A DNA stretch of 64,000 bases, taken from the NCBI RefSeq assembly GCF_006345805.1, contig NC_042998.1, forward strand, positions 41,602,001-41,666,000, given 5' to 3'. Below the pieces are notes generated by a model. That model ran no database searches. It saw only the letters and a list, made by a program, of their open reading frames with translations, and had not been told where the DNA came from. Source of the stretch: Octopus sinensis. Taxonomy: Eukaryota. The position numbers and the translations under genes were made by a program. Below are positions 38,590 to 51,515 of this stretch, in pieces (positions within the stretch are counted from its first letter, which is position 1; every line of letters starts with the position of its first letter).

Positions 38590-40960
38590 CACTTGGTTAA
38601 CCCTTTTCAAGCAGGTTGTTGAGTGTAGTTTGTTGTTCAACAGACCTTTAATCAAAGACATTGCAACTAATGCATTTTCAGACAGGAGAATATAATCTGA
38701 CAGGAATTTGCCTACTATATCTAGCAGGCTTAATTACTGTGTAGCTGCTCAGTTAGATTATTGGTTATTGGTTAAACAACAAAGTGCAATATAAAGATCT
38801 ATTGCTCTAGATATCCTCACCTCTGCCTAAAAGATGACCGCAGAGTGATCTCGGCCATATTTGATTGTTGATGTTGTTTAACCTCAGGTCAGCCTTGACC
38901 ATGCATACTCATGTATGACTGAAAGTATTGCAGCCATGATTCATTATCATTATTTAACACCCGTATTCCATGCTGGATGGTTTGACAGGATCTGACTAGC
39001 CTGAGAGTTGCATTGGTCTCCAATGTCATCTGTGACAAGGTTTTTGTGATTAGATGCCCTTCTTAATACCAACCACTTTACAGAGTGCAATGCCTCATCT
39101 TTTGCATATCTAAGACTGCATTATCCAGTGTATCTGGAAGAGTGTAATCTGAGCTACTTTTGTAGCAGGTTGAAACAACCAAGTAGTCACCCTTTAATTG
39201 TATAGGATGTTCTGTGGGAGTCTTGGTTCAGTCTGTTATTTGTATACCTGTTATTGTTGTTTAACCCTAGGTCTACTTTGACCAGATAGATGTATAGCTG
39301 AATGCATTCCAACTATGACGATCCCACCTTTTTTCATACATATTATAGCTAAGACTCTATTATCCAAATGTGTCCCGTTTGTTAAGCTGATAAAGTATTT
39401 GTTGGATATGTGGCTACTATTTCTAGTAGGTCAATAAATTGTGTAGAGGTTTCCTATTAATCCAATGTTTCTTGTTTCATGTTAGAGCCAACATTTTAAA
39501 AATTTCTTTTCTCATATGGAATTGAATTGTTTGTTAATATGTGAATATAAAGAAATAAGTCAAATGCTTTGCTTCTATTGATAATAGTTATATAGTGTCT
39601 GAAAGGACTCTTTCATTGCAGAAGCCATCATGTATTCCTTGAATAAGATTTGTGAATTATTGTGGTTGAGTGAAGTTATCTGAATTCTTTTTGCAAGTTT
39701 CAAAGAGGAATATGTGAGTTGGTGATATCAAACATAAGTCCTCTTCAGGGATTTTGAAGGCGTGTATGTGAGTGTTGAGTCCCTGTAATGCTGGGGGGGG
39801 GGGGGGGGGTTCAGTTGAATTTTTAATATAAATTTGCTTTTTTTGTGATTTATCATAGGTACATATTTTTAACAGCTTTCTTTTCTCTGGTTCATTTTCT
39901 ATTTAATTTCTCAATGAAATTTAATTCTGTTATGTATGGTATTAGTGTTTTGTTTAAGGTGGTTGTTCCTGGTTTTTTATCAAGCTGACTATGTCACTTG
40001 GGTAATTTGGATTTTATGTTTTTACGCATTTTTGTGGGATGAATGCATGGAATGAATTATCTATGTTTATGTATCATTGTGTCTTGCAATGTGATTGCCA
40101 TTCTGTTTTAAGGAATTTTCTGTCAGGTATAGGCAACCTATTTTGAGAAGCAGACTACATGAGATGTTCATCATCAGGTGGGTCACACTACTAAAAAGAC
40201 TGAAGGTAATTTTTCATTTAGGTGTGCCATTCAGAAAGCCCTATAGGCTGTAGTTTGCCCATGACTACTCTATGATTACTTGACCTGGTAAAAATAACAG
40301 CCTAATTTCTTCCAAACTACATCCTGTTGTCTTTAGAAGTGGGTTACCCTGGATAATACAATCATGGATTGTATTATCTACTGGAAAAAGAGATGGGTTG
40401 GTTTCAGCTGAAATACCTTCAGAATGATGGTCATGAAAGTAAAACTTAGTTGTGCCCTTAAAAGTCTCTGTATGTTCTAAAACTGTTATTTGGAATGGGT
40501 GCAATCTCTTCAATTGTTACTATAACTAAATTAGGATGTGGCTAGTTTATTCTTTGCAAGCATTAGTTACATTATCATCTCATTTAGGCAATTATACAGC
40601 TACTGGATAGTCTAAAGAAAACTAATTAAATGCCAGGTCCTGGTATTTGTAAGCCTTAATTATTTGAATTAATAAATCTAGATTTAGGGTAATGTTAAGT
40701 GTCTGAAGTTGTTTTGCTGGGTTAAATAACTTTTTGTTTATTGAATTTGTGATACGATTATTACAGACAGATGCAGGGTCCATTCAGAAAGGTGAATAAG
40801 TGTTGTTTTAACCCCAGATTATCCCTGAATGAGTAGACCTCTATTCAAAGCTGTTCCATCTATGATCAACCTATTTTTATTCAGACATAATGTATCTAAA
40901 ACTACATTGACTTGTGTCTTTCCTCTTTTTAAGAAGTGAGAGATTTCACTGCCATTTCTT
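38590..40960. repeat. Cluster of old unclassified short repeats (gttgtttaaccc(c/t)aggtc... family) around a decayed retroelement-like segment (about 39580-40700, possibly Penelope-like)
   Basis: Related motifs at about 38590, 38870, 39255 and 40800. The minus-strand remnant peptides are only weakly suggestive. Confidence 0.35.
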
Positions 40961-42310
40961 GTAGGCTCGACAACAAATGGTAGTGAACAATTTTAAAGCT
41001 GATCTAAGTTATTGAGACAGGTTTGACAGTATGTTTATTAGATTATTCAATGATTTTCTTCTGTAATTTACTAATATAACATTTGTTATCATATTTTTTT
41101 TTCTTCACTTGCAAGATCTTTCATGTCCATGTACTTCTCATTTTGAAAATTGGAACAGTTGAATAAGGTTACTTAAGTAATCAGTTACTGTTACATAGCA
41201 TTTGCAGAAATATGCAACCATGTTTTACTTCTGTTGGCATAACATTTAAAAGTGAAATCAAAACATTTTATTTCATACATCATGAGCGGTATGGTCACTG
41301 CGAATCTATACATATTTCTATCTATAAAAGTGAATGCAGTGTTTCTGTCTGGAGTCCTAAGCTCTTACTTTACCTATTTCCCCCTATTTTTGCTTGCTAT
41401 TGGAGCAAGCTTTTTGATTTATGGTAGCATTATGTTGTAAAATATTGTTGACAGAATTTTATATTAAATGCTATTAAATGTAAATTTCACTATTCATATA
41501 TATTATGTGCTTATATATGTGCATGCACATATACACACAACAGTTATGCATGTGTGTGTGTGTGTGTGTGTGTGTGTTTGTGTGTATATATAAATAAAAG
41601 AAAACATAGAAGTGATAGTTTCTTTATATAAAAGTCTTTGAATTTTCTTAAAGAAATGAAATATTACTTAAATTCTTTTAGAATGTTTGTTTTGTCTAGC
41701 AATGTAGAGTCAGTTTCTGTTTTCATAACACACACATATGAGAGAGGGAGAGATTTCTGTGAATACATTTCATTAATGTTCTGTAACTTTAACATTTGTT
41801 TTTTAACATGGTATTGCTTTACACATTATATTATATGTTTATTTATTTCTCTGTGACATACACACCAGAAAAAGGTATAAAAGATGTTGTTCTGCTCTGG
41901 GATGATAAAATTTGGTAGAATGTAGCAGAATAATGTATGATATAATTGTCTTTAGTGTGATGATTTTCAAATAAGTGACGTAGCACTCATCTCATCTGAA
42001 TTGTTTCTAAAGCTGGATTGATGAATAATGTTGCAATTGAGTTTTACTTCATGTTATAAGCCTCTTCATTTTTATTTTGAGCATTTTGTGGTGGCAGTTA
42101 TTGTAAAAATGAGACCTGACTACAAAATAAGCTAGGTGAGGGTATCAGTGGAGGTATCAGTTACTACCCTTCAGCTATGTTTGGTGCAAATATTTGTGAC
42201 TACTAAAATGTTGACAATTGAATTGCAATATTTTAATTTATTTTTAATGTTTTTGTCAATTTATATCCAACATCCATCATGTATTATATTTCATTTCTCT
42301 TTATGTACAG

Positions 42311-42473
42311 TGAGCAGAATACACCAACAACGTTTATGAAAACAGTTGAAAACCCTACTCATTCATATGTTGTGCACAAACATCAAGGCCACATGCTCTC
42401 CAATATGACCAATCTTTGGAAAAAAGGTAAACTCTGTGATGCTTCCATTGGAAATGGAACAATGAAAATTATG
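42311..42473 (+). CDS. Shared BTB exon A (EQNTPTTFMKTVENP...LCDASIGNGTMKIM); internal ATG at 42336
   Basis: Pyrimidine tract and CAG acceptor at 42310. Only a phase-2 entry is open; phases 0 and 1 hit TGA. Donor ATG|GTAAGT at 42474. Encodes the N-terminal BTB motif H...L.NL...G.LCD. Confidence 0.88.
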
Positions 42474-42989
42474 GTAAGTATTAAATATCAAATCATGATT
42501 ATCTAACTCTGTATCTATTCATGTACACTTGTTTTTCTTTATTATTTAAGTATTTTCCTTTAGTATGTTAATATCAGCTGCTAATCCAAATCATGAGCAC
42601 AGACATTATAGCACATAAGTATTTTAAAGCCAATTTTCCCTGCTAAAATAGGGGTTAACTTAATGGTTCCACTGACAGTCTACATTATTAATATGAGATA
42701 ACAAATATGGGACAAATGACAGATCTCTTCAAGGTGAAGGCCCTGCTTGACATGTAGAAATGCTGTTGGGAGAAACTCCAAATGGTGTACTCAGTGCAAG
42801 TTTTGGACACATAAGAGCTGCAGTAACATCGCTGGAAAATTAACAGAGACAGTAGTCTTTACACGTGGCTAATGTGCAAGTACATTAAACACTAGGAATG
42901 TTAAAAAAAATAGACTCCCTCAAATGTCGGGGTGATCCTTAGAAGTAGTTAACAGTTTCTGTTACTTAGGTGAGGTTGTTCTGAAAACA

Positions 42990-43770
42990 TAGCTGCTAGA
43001 ATAAGAATGCACTGGGTAAAGTTCAGAGATCTGCTACTCTGTTAGTAATGAAGGGTCTCTCTCTCAGAGTAAAAGGCAGATTGTATGATGCCTGTGCATG
43101 AACATTTATGCTACATAGCAGTGAGACATGAGCTGTGACTATTGAGGACATGTGAAGGCATGAAAAAAATGAAGCCAGATGGGTAATGTCAGTGTGCATA
43201 TACGACTGAGTATAAGTGATTTGAGAGAAAAACTGGGTATACAAGGCATCACGTGTAGTGTACAAGAGAGAAGACTGCAATGGTACGTTCATGTAATGCT
43301 TATAAATGCAGGTAGATGCATCAAGAAATGCTGATCTCTTATTGTGAAGGGGTAGACCCAAGAAGACATGGGATGAAGTGGTAAAAAAGGATCTTCAAAC
43401 GTTGTATCTTACAGAGGAGACAACAGGGAACTGAAACTTCTAGTGATTTGCTTTGCTTGAGAAGACACATGAAGCTAAGTAAAATTGTGTTTGTCCTTGC
43501 ATACAGGCATGACCTCTGGATCCCTTTTCAGCTGAGTGATCCTAATCTTGCTGGCTCATGGGTGCTGGTGCCACATAAAAAGCACCTATGCCAGTACCAT
43601 GTAAAAGCACCCAGTACACTCTGTGAAATGGTTGGCATTAGAAAGGGCATCCAGCTGTAGAAACCATACAACAACAGACATGGAGCTCGGGCAACTCTTC
43701 AGCTGGCTAGCACCTGTTAAACCATCCAACCCATGCCAGCAAGGAAAACAGATGTTAAAAGATAATGATA
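42990..43770 (+). mobile_element. RTE LINE 3' fragment including 3' UTR
   Basis: ggtctctctctcagagtaaaaggcagattgtatgatgcc (GLSLRVKGRLYDA), gggtagacccaagaagacatggg, tail ccaacccatgccagca. Confidence 0.8.
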
Positions 43771-44743
43771 TATCATATTGGTACTTTGTAACATTGGAGT
43801 CCACAATGTGAAGTGGGTAAAAGAAAAATTAAATGTAATGAAAACAATCAAAATTGGAAAATTGAAATTGATAATAATGTATTTTAAATCACTTGCATTT
43901 GCCAAACAAGCCAATGAATTGTTTTCAGTGTAATCAACAACAGATTTGTTTGAAATTATGAATATTGTTTATGATACCTGAAATCTCATGGGCTCTTTGA
44001 CTGGTTAAGAAAAAAAGTAAAAGAAAGATAACTAAAACTAAACCATGCAAACAAAGAGACAACTATGTATGTGTATATATCATCATTGTTTCAATGTCTA
44101 CTTTTCCGTGCTTTCATGGGTCAGACAGAGTTTATTGAGGTAGATTTTCTATGGCCAGATGTCCTTCCTGCTGCCAACCCTTACTTGTTTCTAAGCTTGG
44201 TAATATTTCAATATAGCCAGACGTGTTTCCACAGAATATTGAAAATAAAGGACATTCATTTACAGCAATCACGCAATGTCATGACATGAAGACACAAGTT
44301 TACAGACATATACGTGTGTATGTATGCATGTATGCACATACATTAATACATAATTTTTATTATTTTTTTTGTGAGGCAGATTCTCAACATACCTTGTGTT
44401 AGAAGTATATAGAGTCCTGTGTTTCTAGCCTATGTAAGTTAAGAGCAAATATATGAAGAAATGTAATATTGTGATTATTCATGATCATGTACTATTTATT
44501 GGAATACAAAGGATTATTCATCTCCTCTTTTCTTCCTAAATTATAAAATAGTTTCCTAATTTCCTAAGTCAATAATGTGTTAATGTTTCCAATCAAAGAA
44601 ATGTGTTATGTCTCTGTACACAAAATATATTTTTAAATAATATATTTTTGCAGGGTTTGGGGTTCAGTTAGGCTTTTAATGTGATTCTTTGAAATATTCT
44701 GCTTTTATTGTTTTTCTATAAATATGTGTTCTTTCTTTTCTAG

Positions 44744-45724
44744 GTTCACAAAGTTGTGTTGATTGCTCTTAGTCCACAACTTTTAACATTGCCAAATGCC
44801 ACTGTAACATCAGGTTGTTTCCAGTTGACATTTTCTCAGGATATTGGTGGTGATGCTTTATGGGCATTTGCTAAATATATGTATGAAGGTGTTGTCTCCC
44901 TTAATGAGGAGGTATTGGAGGATATGGAGCATATTGCAAAAATCCTTGGTTTAAGTGATCTATTAGATATGTGTAAACTTTATCGGAAACAGGTTTTGAG
45001 TTCTATTGACAATCCTGTCACAACTAAGGCCTTAATCTCTCAACCAACTGAATCTCCAGGCATTATTAGGGATGCCATTTCAACAGAGATTGTTAATACA
45101 ATGGATACAATGCCTAAAACTGATGGCCCATCTTTATCAACTGGTGTATCTTTCATGGGTTTACCCAATAGTGATATTACTCCATCAATCTCGAAACCAG
45201 TGCAACAGTTACAGAACTTAGCTACAGAATCAATGACAAATCAAATACAGTTCCAAACAAAACAATCAGTTCCTCCGGTGATCCTTTATTCAGCTGATAA
45301 AGACTCTTCAGTTTCAGGCTATGCCAATGATTCTGTAGGATTAAAACAAGAACCATCAAGTCCTTTGAAAAAAAGGTGCAGTAAAAAAGATTTCTTATCT
45401 TCTTTCCCTTCAAGACACTCAGACACACATATTGTTGTCCACGATGATTTATCAGAACCTTGGCAACCACATTCTTACTGTGATAATGAAGACCCAAAAA
45501 GTCCTCCACCTCCAAAGCGTCTAAAATCTTCAGAACTACCTGAAGATTCTTTATCTAATTTATCTCACTCAAATACTGAAGATTTCAGTCCTCACACTAA
45601 AAGTGCCAAAGACTCTTATCCTATCAAAATTGAACTTGAACGAGACAGTAACAGTGATTTAGAAACTTCTGGGATTCCTTATGTTGTGTCGTTAATTCAA
45701 GCCAAAGGCCTGGACACTACTTGA
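44744..45724 (+). CDS. Shared BTB exon B, terminal coding exon (VHKVVLIALSP...GLDTT*, 326 aa)
   Basis: ttctttcttttctag acceptor, phase 0. BTB core VHKVVL..SP...YMYEG...IAKILGL..L..MC, followed by a Ser/Pro-rich tail. No zinc fingers. Confidence 0.9.
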   Translation, partial: VHKVVLIALSPQLLTLPNATVTSGCFQLTFSQDIGGDALWAFAKYMYEGVVSLNEEVLEDMEHIAKILGLSDLLDMCKLYRKQVLSSIDNPVTTKALISQPTESPGIIRDAISTEIVNTMDTMPKTDGPSLSTGVSFMGLPNSDITPSISKPVQQLQNLATESMTNQIQFQTKQSVPPVILYSADKDSSVSGYANDSVGLKQEPSSPLKKRCSKKDFLSSFPSRHSDTHIVVHDDLSEPWQPHSYCDNEDPKSPPPPKRLKSSELPEDSLSNLSHSNTEDFSPHTKSAKDSYPIKIELERDSNSDLETSGIPYVVSLIQAKGLDTT

Positions 45725-47436
45725 ACTTGTTTAATTGGCAAAGGATTTAGAAAAGAATGATATAAAGTCATATCATATCAAATAGTTATCAATGATCTCA
45801 ATTCATCTCATTTTAAAAATTGGAAGTTCCAAGTAATATCCAGTTTTGTTTTTTTTTTTTTTCTCTTCCAAATGAGTTCAGTTAAGAAACCTTTTTCTGC
45901 TAATAAACTAATGATCTGAGAAAAATATAATATCAAGAAAATGCAACTTTTCTTTACAATTAGAGATTAAAATGATGAAAGATTTTTTTTCATCATCCTA
46001 ACACGGTTTCTTTCAAAACATTTAAACTGTTTGAATACCTCTTTTAAGGAGAAACGAGAGCTATATATTTTCCTTCTACTCAATTAGGTCACTTTAGCAT
46101 TTGTGTCACCAGATGACAGACATGTCAAACAGATAATGATCAGCGTTAAAAATTGAACAATAATATTTTCAAGGTGGTAAAAGCTAGATAATGTATGTGG
46201 CTACGCAATGGAGTGCTGTTATTTTATTTATAATTTCAGCTTTATCAACAATTCTTCATTTAAATTCATTGGAAGGTTGGTCTTAAATAGTATAAAGAGT
46301 TATGAAATATTTCAGTCTAAAGCCTCTGAATTCTTTTAACTTTCAATTTACTCTGCTTTAATCTTTTATTTTCTAAGCATTGTTCCCAATGATTGTAATT
46401 TAAGATTTTTAAAAGTGAATAACAAATATATTACTTATGTGATCAACCTTTGGTTTGGAATTATATCTGGATATTTAATTTCACAACATACAAAAGTTAG
46501 CTCTCATATTGAAATTTAAATATTTTAATTTATTAAAGATTTTTAATTGTGTGCTGTTATTGTTAACAATGGCTTTGTCTGGATTTTTTTTCAGCAATCC
46601 ACTGGTGCCTAGCAACTGATAAATAGATTAATATATAGTGTATTCCATAGTTTGTATGTTGAACTGTGGACAAGAAAATATAATTTGTTTTTAATTTATA
46701 TCGAAACCAGTGATGATATGCATGTAAACATTGTCATGGTTAATTTAGCAAACATTCTGTAACTGGATCATTTCATTGAAGGAAACATGGCATAAATATA
46801 TTACATTTTTTACATTATTGAAAAGTTTACTTTGGTAAAATAAACAAAATAATCCATTATCTGAATTTGCTTATATTTTATTGAAATGTTTGCAACATCT
46901 TGCAATTTAATTTGTCAAATAAAACCTGAAACATTTTTACTGATGAAAATTATAACCAACTTTATAACTAAATGGTTGCATGAAGATTAAGGACAAAATG
47001 TCTTTTGTTGCTGTTTTTGTTGGATTAATAATTCATACTTGTTACCTAAGGGTTATTGTACCAATCTATATTTTTTTCCCCTTATAAATTCTGATATGCT
47101 ATCTTTAAAGTAACAAACCATCAAATTTGTTATTGAAACCAGTTCAATTAATTGCTTCATATCTGCAACAAATACATTTGAAGTCATACCAGAAGAGATT
47201 ATTAAACTGAAGTTTGTACAGTGAGACAAAAAGTCAGACAACACAATATAGTTTTGTGCATGGAAATGTCGTTATGAAAAGTATAATCCTTTCTATTATA
47301 AACACAAGGCCTGAAAAGTATGAGTAGTATAATGAAAGCCAGTCCTGTTAAGTCTGAGTGGAACTGAAAGAAAGATCAGCTATATGTATTAGTTTCAGCA
47401 TAATTGTTGCATGACTGCTGAAACTAACCTGAGATT

Positions 47437-47745
47437 TCATCATCATCATCATTTAACATCCGTTTTCCATGCTGGCATGGGTTGGCCGGTTTGACTGAAG
47501 TCTAGAGAGCCAGCAGCTGCACCAGGTTCCAATCTGATCTGGCAATGTTTCTACAGCTGGATGCCCTTCCTAACGCCAACCACTCTGAAAGTGTAGTGGC
47601 TGCTTTTTACATGCCAACAGCACAGGAGCCTGTCAGGCAGGCCTGGCATCAATCATGTTCAGATAGTGCCTTTTATGTGCCACTGGCATAGGAGCCAGTC
47701 AGGACGCACTGGCATCAGCCACGTTCAGATGGTGCTTTTTCATGA
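47437..47745 (-). mobile_element. RTE LINE 3' tail fragment
   Basis: catcatcatcatcatttaacatccgttttccatgctggcatggg, close to the 8716-9110 copy. Confidence 0.78.
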
Positions 47746-48179
47746 TTTGAAATTACTGTTCACTATGTAAAATATTTTAACTGTTTGCTTGTTTTGTTTT
47801 GCCTGTGGGTTTATAATGGAGCTGCAACCCTTTTGAATTCATTAGAATAAGTTTTGTATAAATGTGAGTGTTGACTTGTGTTAATATGTTAAAAGTTATT
47901 TATGCTAGTGAACTATTGTTATGATGTATGTGTAGAAACACATGCAGTAACCCAGAAAAACTCAATTTTTCAACTTTTTGCAACTATATACTTAAACTCT
48001 GTGCAAAACATGTCTCTTTTCCTCTACCTGTCACTCTAAGCTTTAGCAATTAGAATTAATATCACTGAATAATAGGATGCCTTCATAGCTTTTCCTGTAA
48101 AAAAATGCAATTTTTAAAAAAGATCATTTAAATTGGTAATATGAAAAAAAAAAAAGCTGATAGGATGCACAAGCACTTA

Positions 48180-48340
48180 CACACATGATTATAACTTCCG
48201 CCTACCAAATTCAATAGCAAGGCTCTGGTTGACCTGAGGCTATAGCAGAAGACACTTGCCCAAAGTGTCAAGTAGTGGGACTGAAGCCGAAACCATATAG
48301 CTAGAAAGCAAGCTTCCTAACCACACAGCCATGCCTGCAG
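48180..48340 (-). mobile_element. SINE family A 5' part
   Basis: aagacacttgcccaaagtgtcaagtagtgggactgaagcc...ccacacagccatgcctgc. Confidence 0.75.
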
Positions 48341-49223
48341 CTATTAAAAATAAATTGATTAATCAAATATTTCTTACATTGTCTGCAATAATTTGGATTA
48401 CACAGAGCTTCAGACATAACAATGGGATGATCCATACAATTTTCAGTATCAATACCCAAAATGATTAAAATTATAGTCAGACGAAAACTGCATGACTATC
48501 AGGAACAGTTGTTGAGATACCAAAGGCACAGGATATGAAGGTGTTTTCTTGTTTGTTAATGAGATTACTTACTTATTCAGTTAATGGTGCAGAAAGAAAA
48601 AAATGCATTTCAGAATTCTCAGGCTGATGGAACATTTTTTTGAGAATTATAGTTGTTTTAGTGCAAGAGAGTTGAGATGAGATGAATGGATGCTGTTTTC
48701 TTGCTGTGACAACTGTAAAAGTTCTTTAAAAAAACAACAACCTCCTACTGTCATCAATATTTGACTTAGAAAAGACCCTTGACAAGGTATCTTAATAATC
48801 TAAAGGAAGTCGTTCACCAGAGGTCTGTTTACAGACCTCTATTTTGAGGTAACACAGGAGTCAGAAATTTTTATTGTGTATGAGGTTATAAAATCATTGC
48901 AGAATCTATCAGAGATTCATAAAAATGTTCAAACCTGCAAGAATGGTTTGAAGTCTAGAGCACATCATAGCAAAAGTCAAAGTGCTAATTAATAAATGAG
49001 AAATAAACAGACATTAATGTTTTGTTGAAATACAAAATGATACCAATGTTGATTCTAGTTAAGCTGTCTGCCTTTAGATTGGAGGCTTCTTGTCAGATGA
49101 TACCATATATAACCAACACTCTATCAACTACTGTGTGCACTCATGGTTTGGTTGTGGCTCATAGACTCTCTTAAGTTATGTACAGTAAAAAAACTTACTA
49201 TCAATGCCTACTTCTGTATAGAT

Positions 49224-49400
49224 CAGTGGTTCTCAAACAGGGTCCACAACAAAAGAGTAAATTGGGGATCCACAATAGTTTTTTAAGGGCCCTGAAAAAA
49301 TTTTGATTTAGCTGTATATATTGGTATGTATTGCAAGAAACAGCCAGGTTTCTTTCTCTAACATTTTACATATTTCAACAAGTTAATGTGTGAAAAACAA
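49224..49400 (+). mobile_element. Possible hAT-type MITE end
   Basis: CAGTGGTTCTCAAAC terminus typical of hAT (Charlie-like) TIRs; the other end was not located. Confidence 0.4.
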
Positions 49401-51360
49401 AATAGGAATTTTGAAAGATGTTTCTATAAAACTAGTTTTTAAACAATGAATGGTTATAGGTATCCACCAAAATAAAATAGTAATCAAACTGATCCATAAG
49501 TAAAAAATGGTTGAGATTCTCCAGTGTAGATTATACCATTCTTCACCCGCTTCCTTTAATACAACACAATTGCATCCAAAAGAAGGCCACTTGGCTGATT
49601 GGCAAAGATTTACTCCCAACACATAACAATCTCTAGCCTCTGTTGCTCCCTTCATGGTCTCAGCTTCTCTGAACCAGCTAATTGCATACCACTGCCACCT
49701 GACACATTGGCCCCACTGTTTCTCAATTCCCTCTGGAATTCCCTTTTCATGTGGACATCAGCTTACATATTGTCAATTTGAATATCAGTTGAATCAATCT
49801 CTGAGGACCTGTGTAGTTTATGAGCATTGTCCCTTCCTCCTGGCTACAAGGAAGAGGCAATGCACAAAAAAAAAGGTAGACAGAAAAAAACTATATAGGA
49901 GAGGGGAAAGGAAACTGTGTGCCTCTATTACAAAAGGTCTTTCAGTAATATTGTATACATATTATTATATGGTCCTTTGAGAAAGGAAATTGTTTTCAGT
50001 TTAGAATTTGTCACATTTCACTCCACAGTTAGCTGTCAACTTATAATGTAAGAAGAGGCAAAAAAATAACTTGGTAGCAGAGTACCCAATGAACTGCAAG
50101 CTACCAGCTCAGTTGTGTGATGCCAAAATAAAAAATCTCTCTCAGAAAAGTCAAGTAAAAGATAGCATTTTAAACTCTTAAGAGTAGCCTCCCTTGTCCT
50201 ATGCTTAAAAAACGGGGGAAAAAAAAAACTGACGCGTTTACATAGACTATATTTACATGATTTTGTGACATTCAATGTTAACGAACAATTGCAATGGATT
50301 ATTTTGAATCGAAATTCAAAATAGATGGATGGGTTTACATTACGTAAAAAATACTATAAAGTAACAATGTGTAACAATTACTAATAGTAGAAGTATCAGA
50401 GCTGATAACCTTGTATTTCATATAAATTCTCTTTATATTCATGGTTTTCAATACTTGTACCGGTGTTGAAACAATTTCCTTTTTAAAAGGGTCATATATC
50501 CAAGTATCTAATCTGAAGCATCCGCTTTCATTTTAATCTTATTAGTGTTGATTAAAACACTCACACATATCAGGAACGTTTTATACATTGTAATTTTGAA
50601 TATCAAAATTAAATGAATTCCACTTTATAAAAATGACAATGAATAATTCAGTTAATGGCTAATATTTTAATGCTAGACATCATAATTTTCTTTGTACCTT
50701 CCAACCTCAGTATTTATTCCTTTTTTAAACTGACTGGTCTGAAGAAGTGAAGGTGCACAGCTTTTGCAGGCTTTCCTAAGTTGGCTTGACCAATGTCATT
50801 AATATTCCTCCCTAACATTTGTAAATCAACATCTGTATGAAAGGTATGAACAGAGAAGGCAGTGGTGGATTCCGGATGGTGAGACACTCTTGAAAGGAAG
50901 GACTGGATGTACTGATTATTGCAAGACCAAATGGGGACTCACTCACTAAAAGACAGGAATGCCTGGGTGGAGGCAGCATGAGTCTAGCTAGGTCTAAGGA
51001 GCAGTTAACAAAACGTATACCTACGTATAGTGTATCAATGCCTGTTGACCAGAGACTGAATCGTGTCCCTTAGTGACTTTGTCAATTTGTTGTGTGGCTT
51101 TTAACTGTATGTAGTCGAGGATGTCTTGTGTCTAAATATGCTTTAAAGCAGAATGCGTCAAGTGAAGTATGAAACTTTAAAGAATATCTTAACAAAAAGA
51201 AAAACTTAAAGCAACATTATTTAAACTCAGAAAACAACTGCTTGATTTTTTATTTAAAGAATTTCCACTATATATTTAAAAAAAAAACGCTGAATACTGG
51301 CAGAGGAAAAGTATGACTGCTCATCAAAATGACAATAGAAGTCATTCCTTCTTAAACAAA

Positions 51361-51515
51361 GGTTTTTAGTGATGTAGTTAGAGGTGTAATAGCAATGCCA
51401 TCCACCCAAATCAATGTTGAAAGACTGTTTTCTGCATTATAAATAATCAAACTACATTTGTGGGCTTACATGAAGGATGATATGGAAGAAATAATTTGGT
51501 TTCCGAGAGCAAGAT
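51361..51515 (+). pseudogene. Decayed hAT transposase C-terminal dimerisation domain
   Basis: DVVRGVIAMPSTQINVERLFSAL*IIK...MKDDMEEII resembles the hAT P.T..SVERLFS motif, with an in-frame stop. Confidence 0.6.

Noticed and set aside
39793-39809. 17 nt poly-G run (possible G-quadruplex)
   Set aside because: An isolated homopolymer within a decayed repeat, with unreliable length and no further support
40160-40185. CTGATGA cores (also at 27951, 55127 and 59457) checked as possible hammerhead ribozymes of Penelope-like elements
   Set aside because: No matching GAAA box or flanking stems could be built by eye
42357-45478. THSY and PHSY peptides resembling the HCF-1 binding motif of THAP proteins
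   Set aside because: They lack the required D/E at the first position of [DE]HxY
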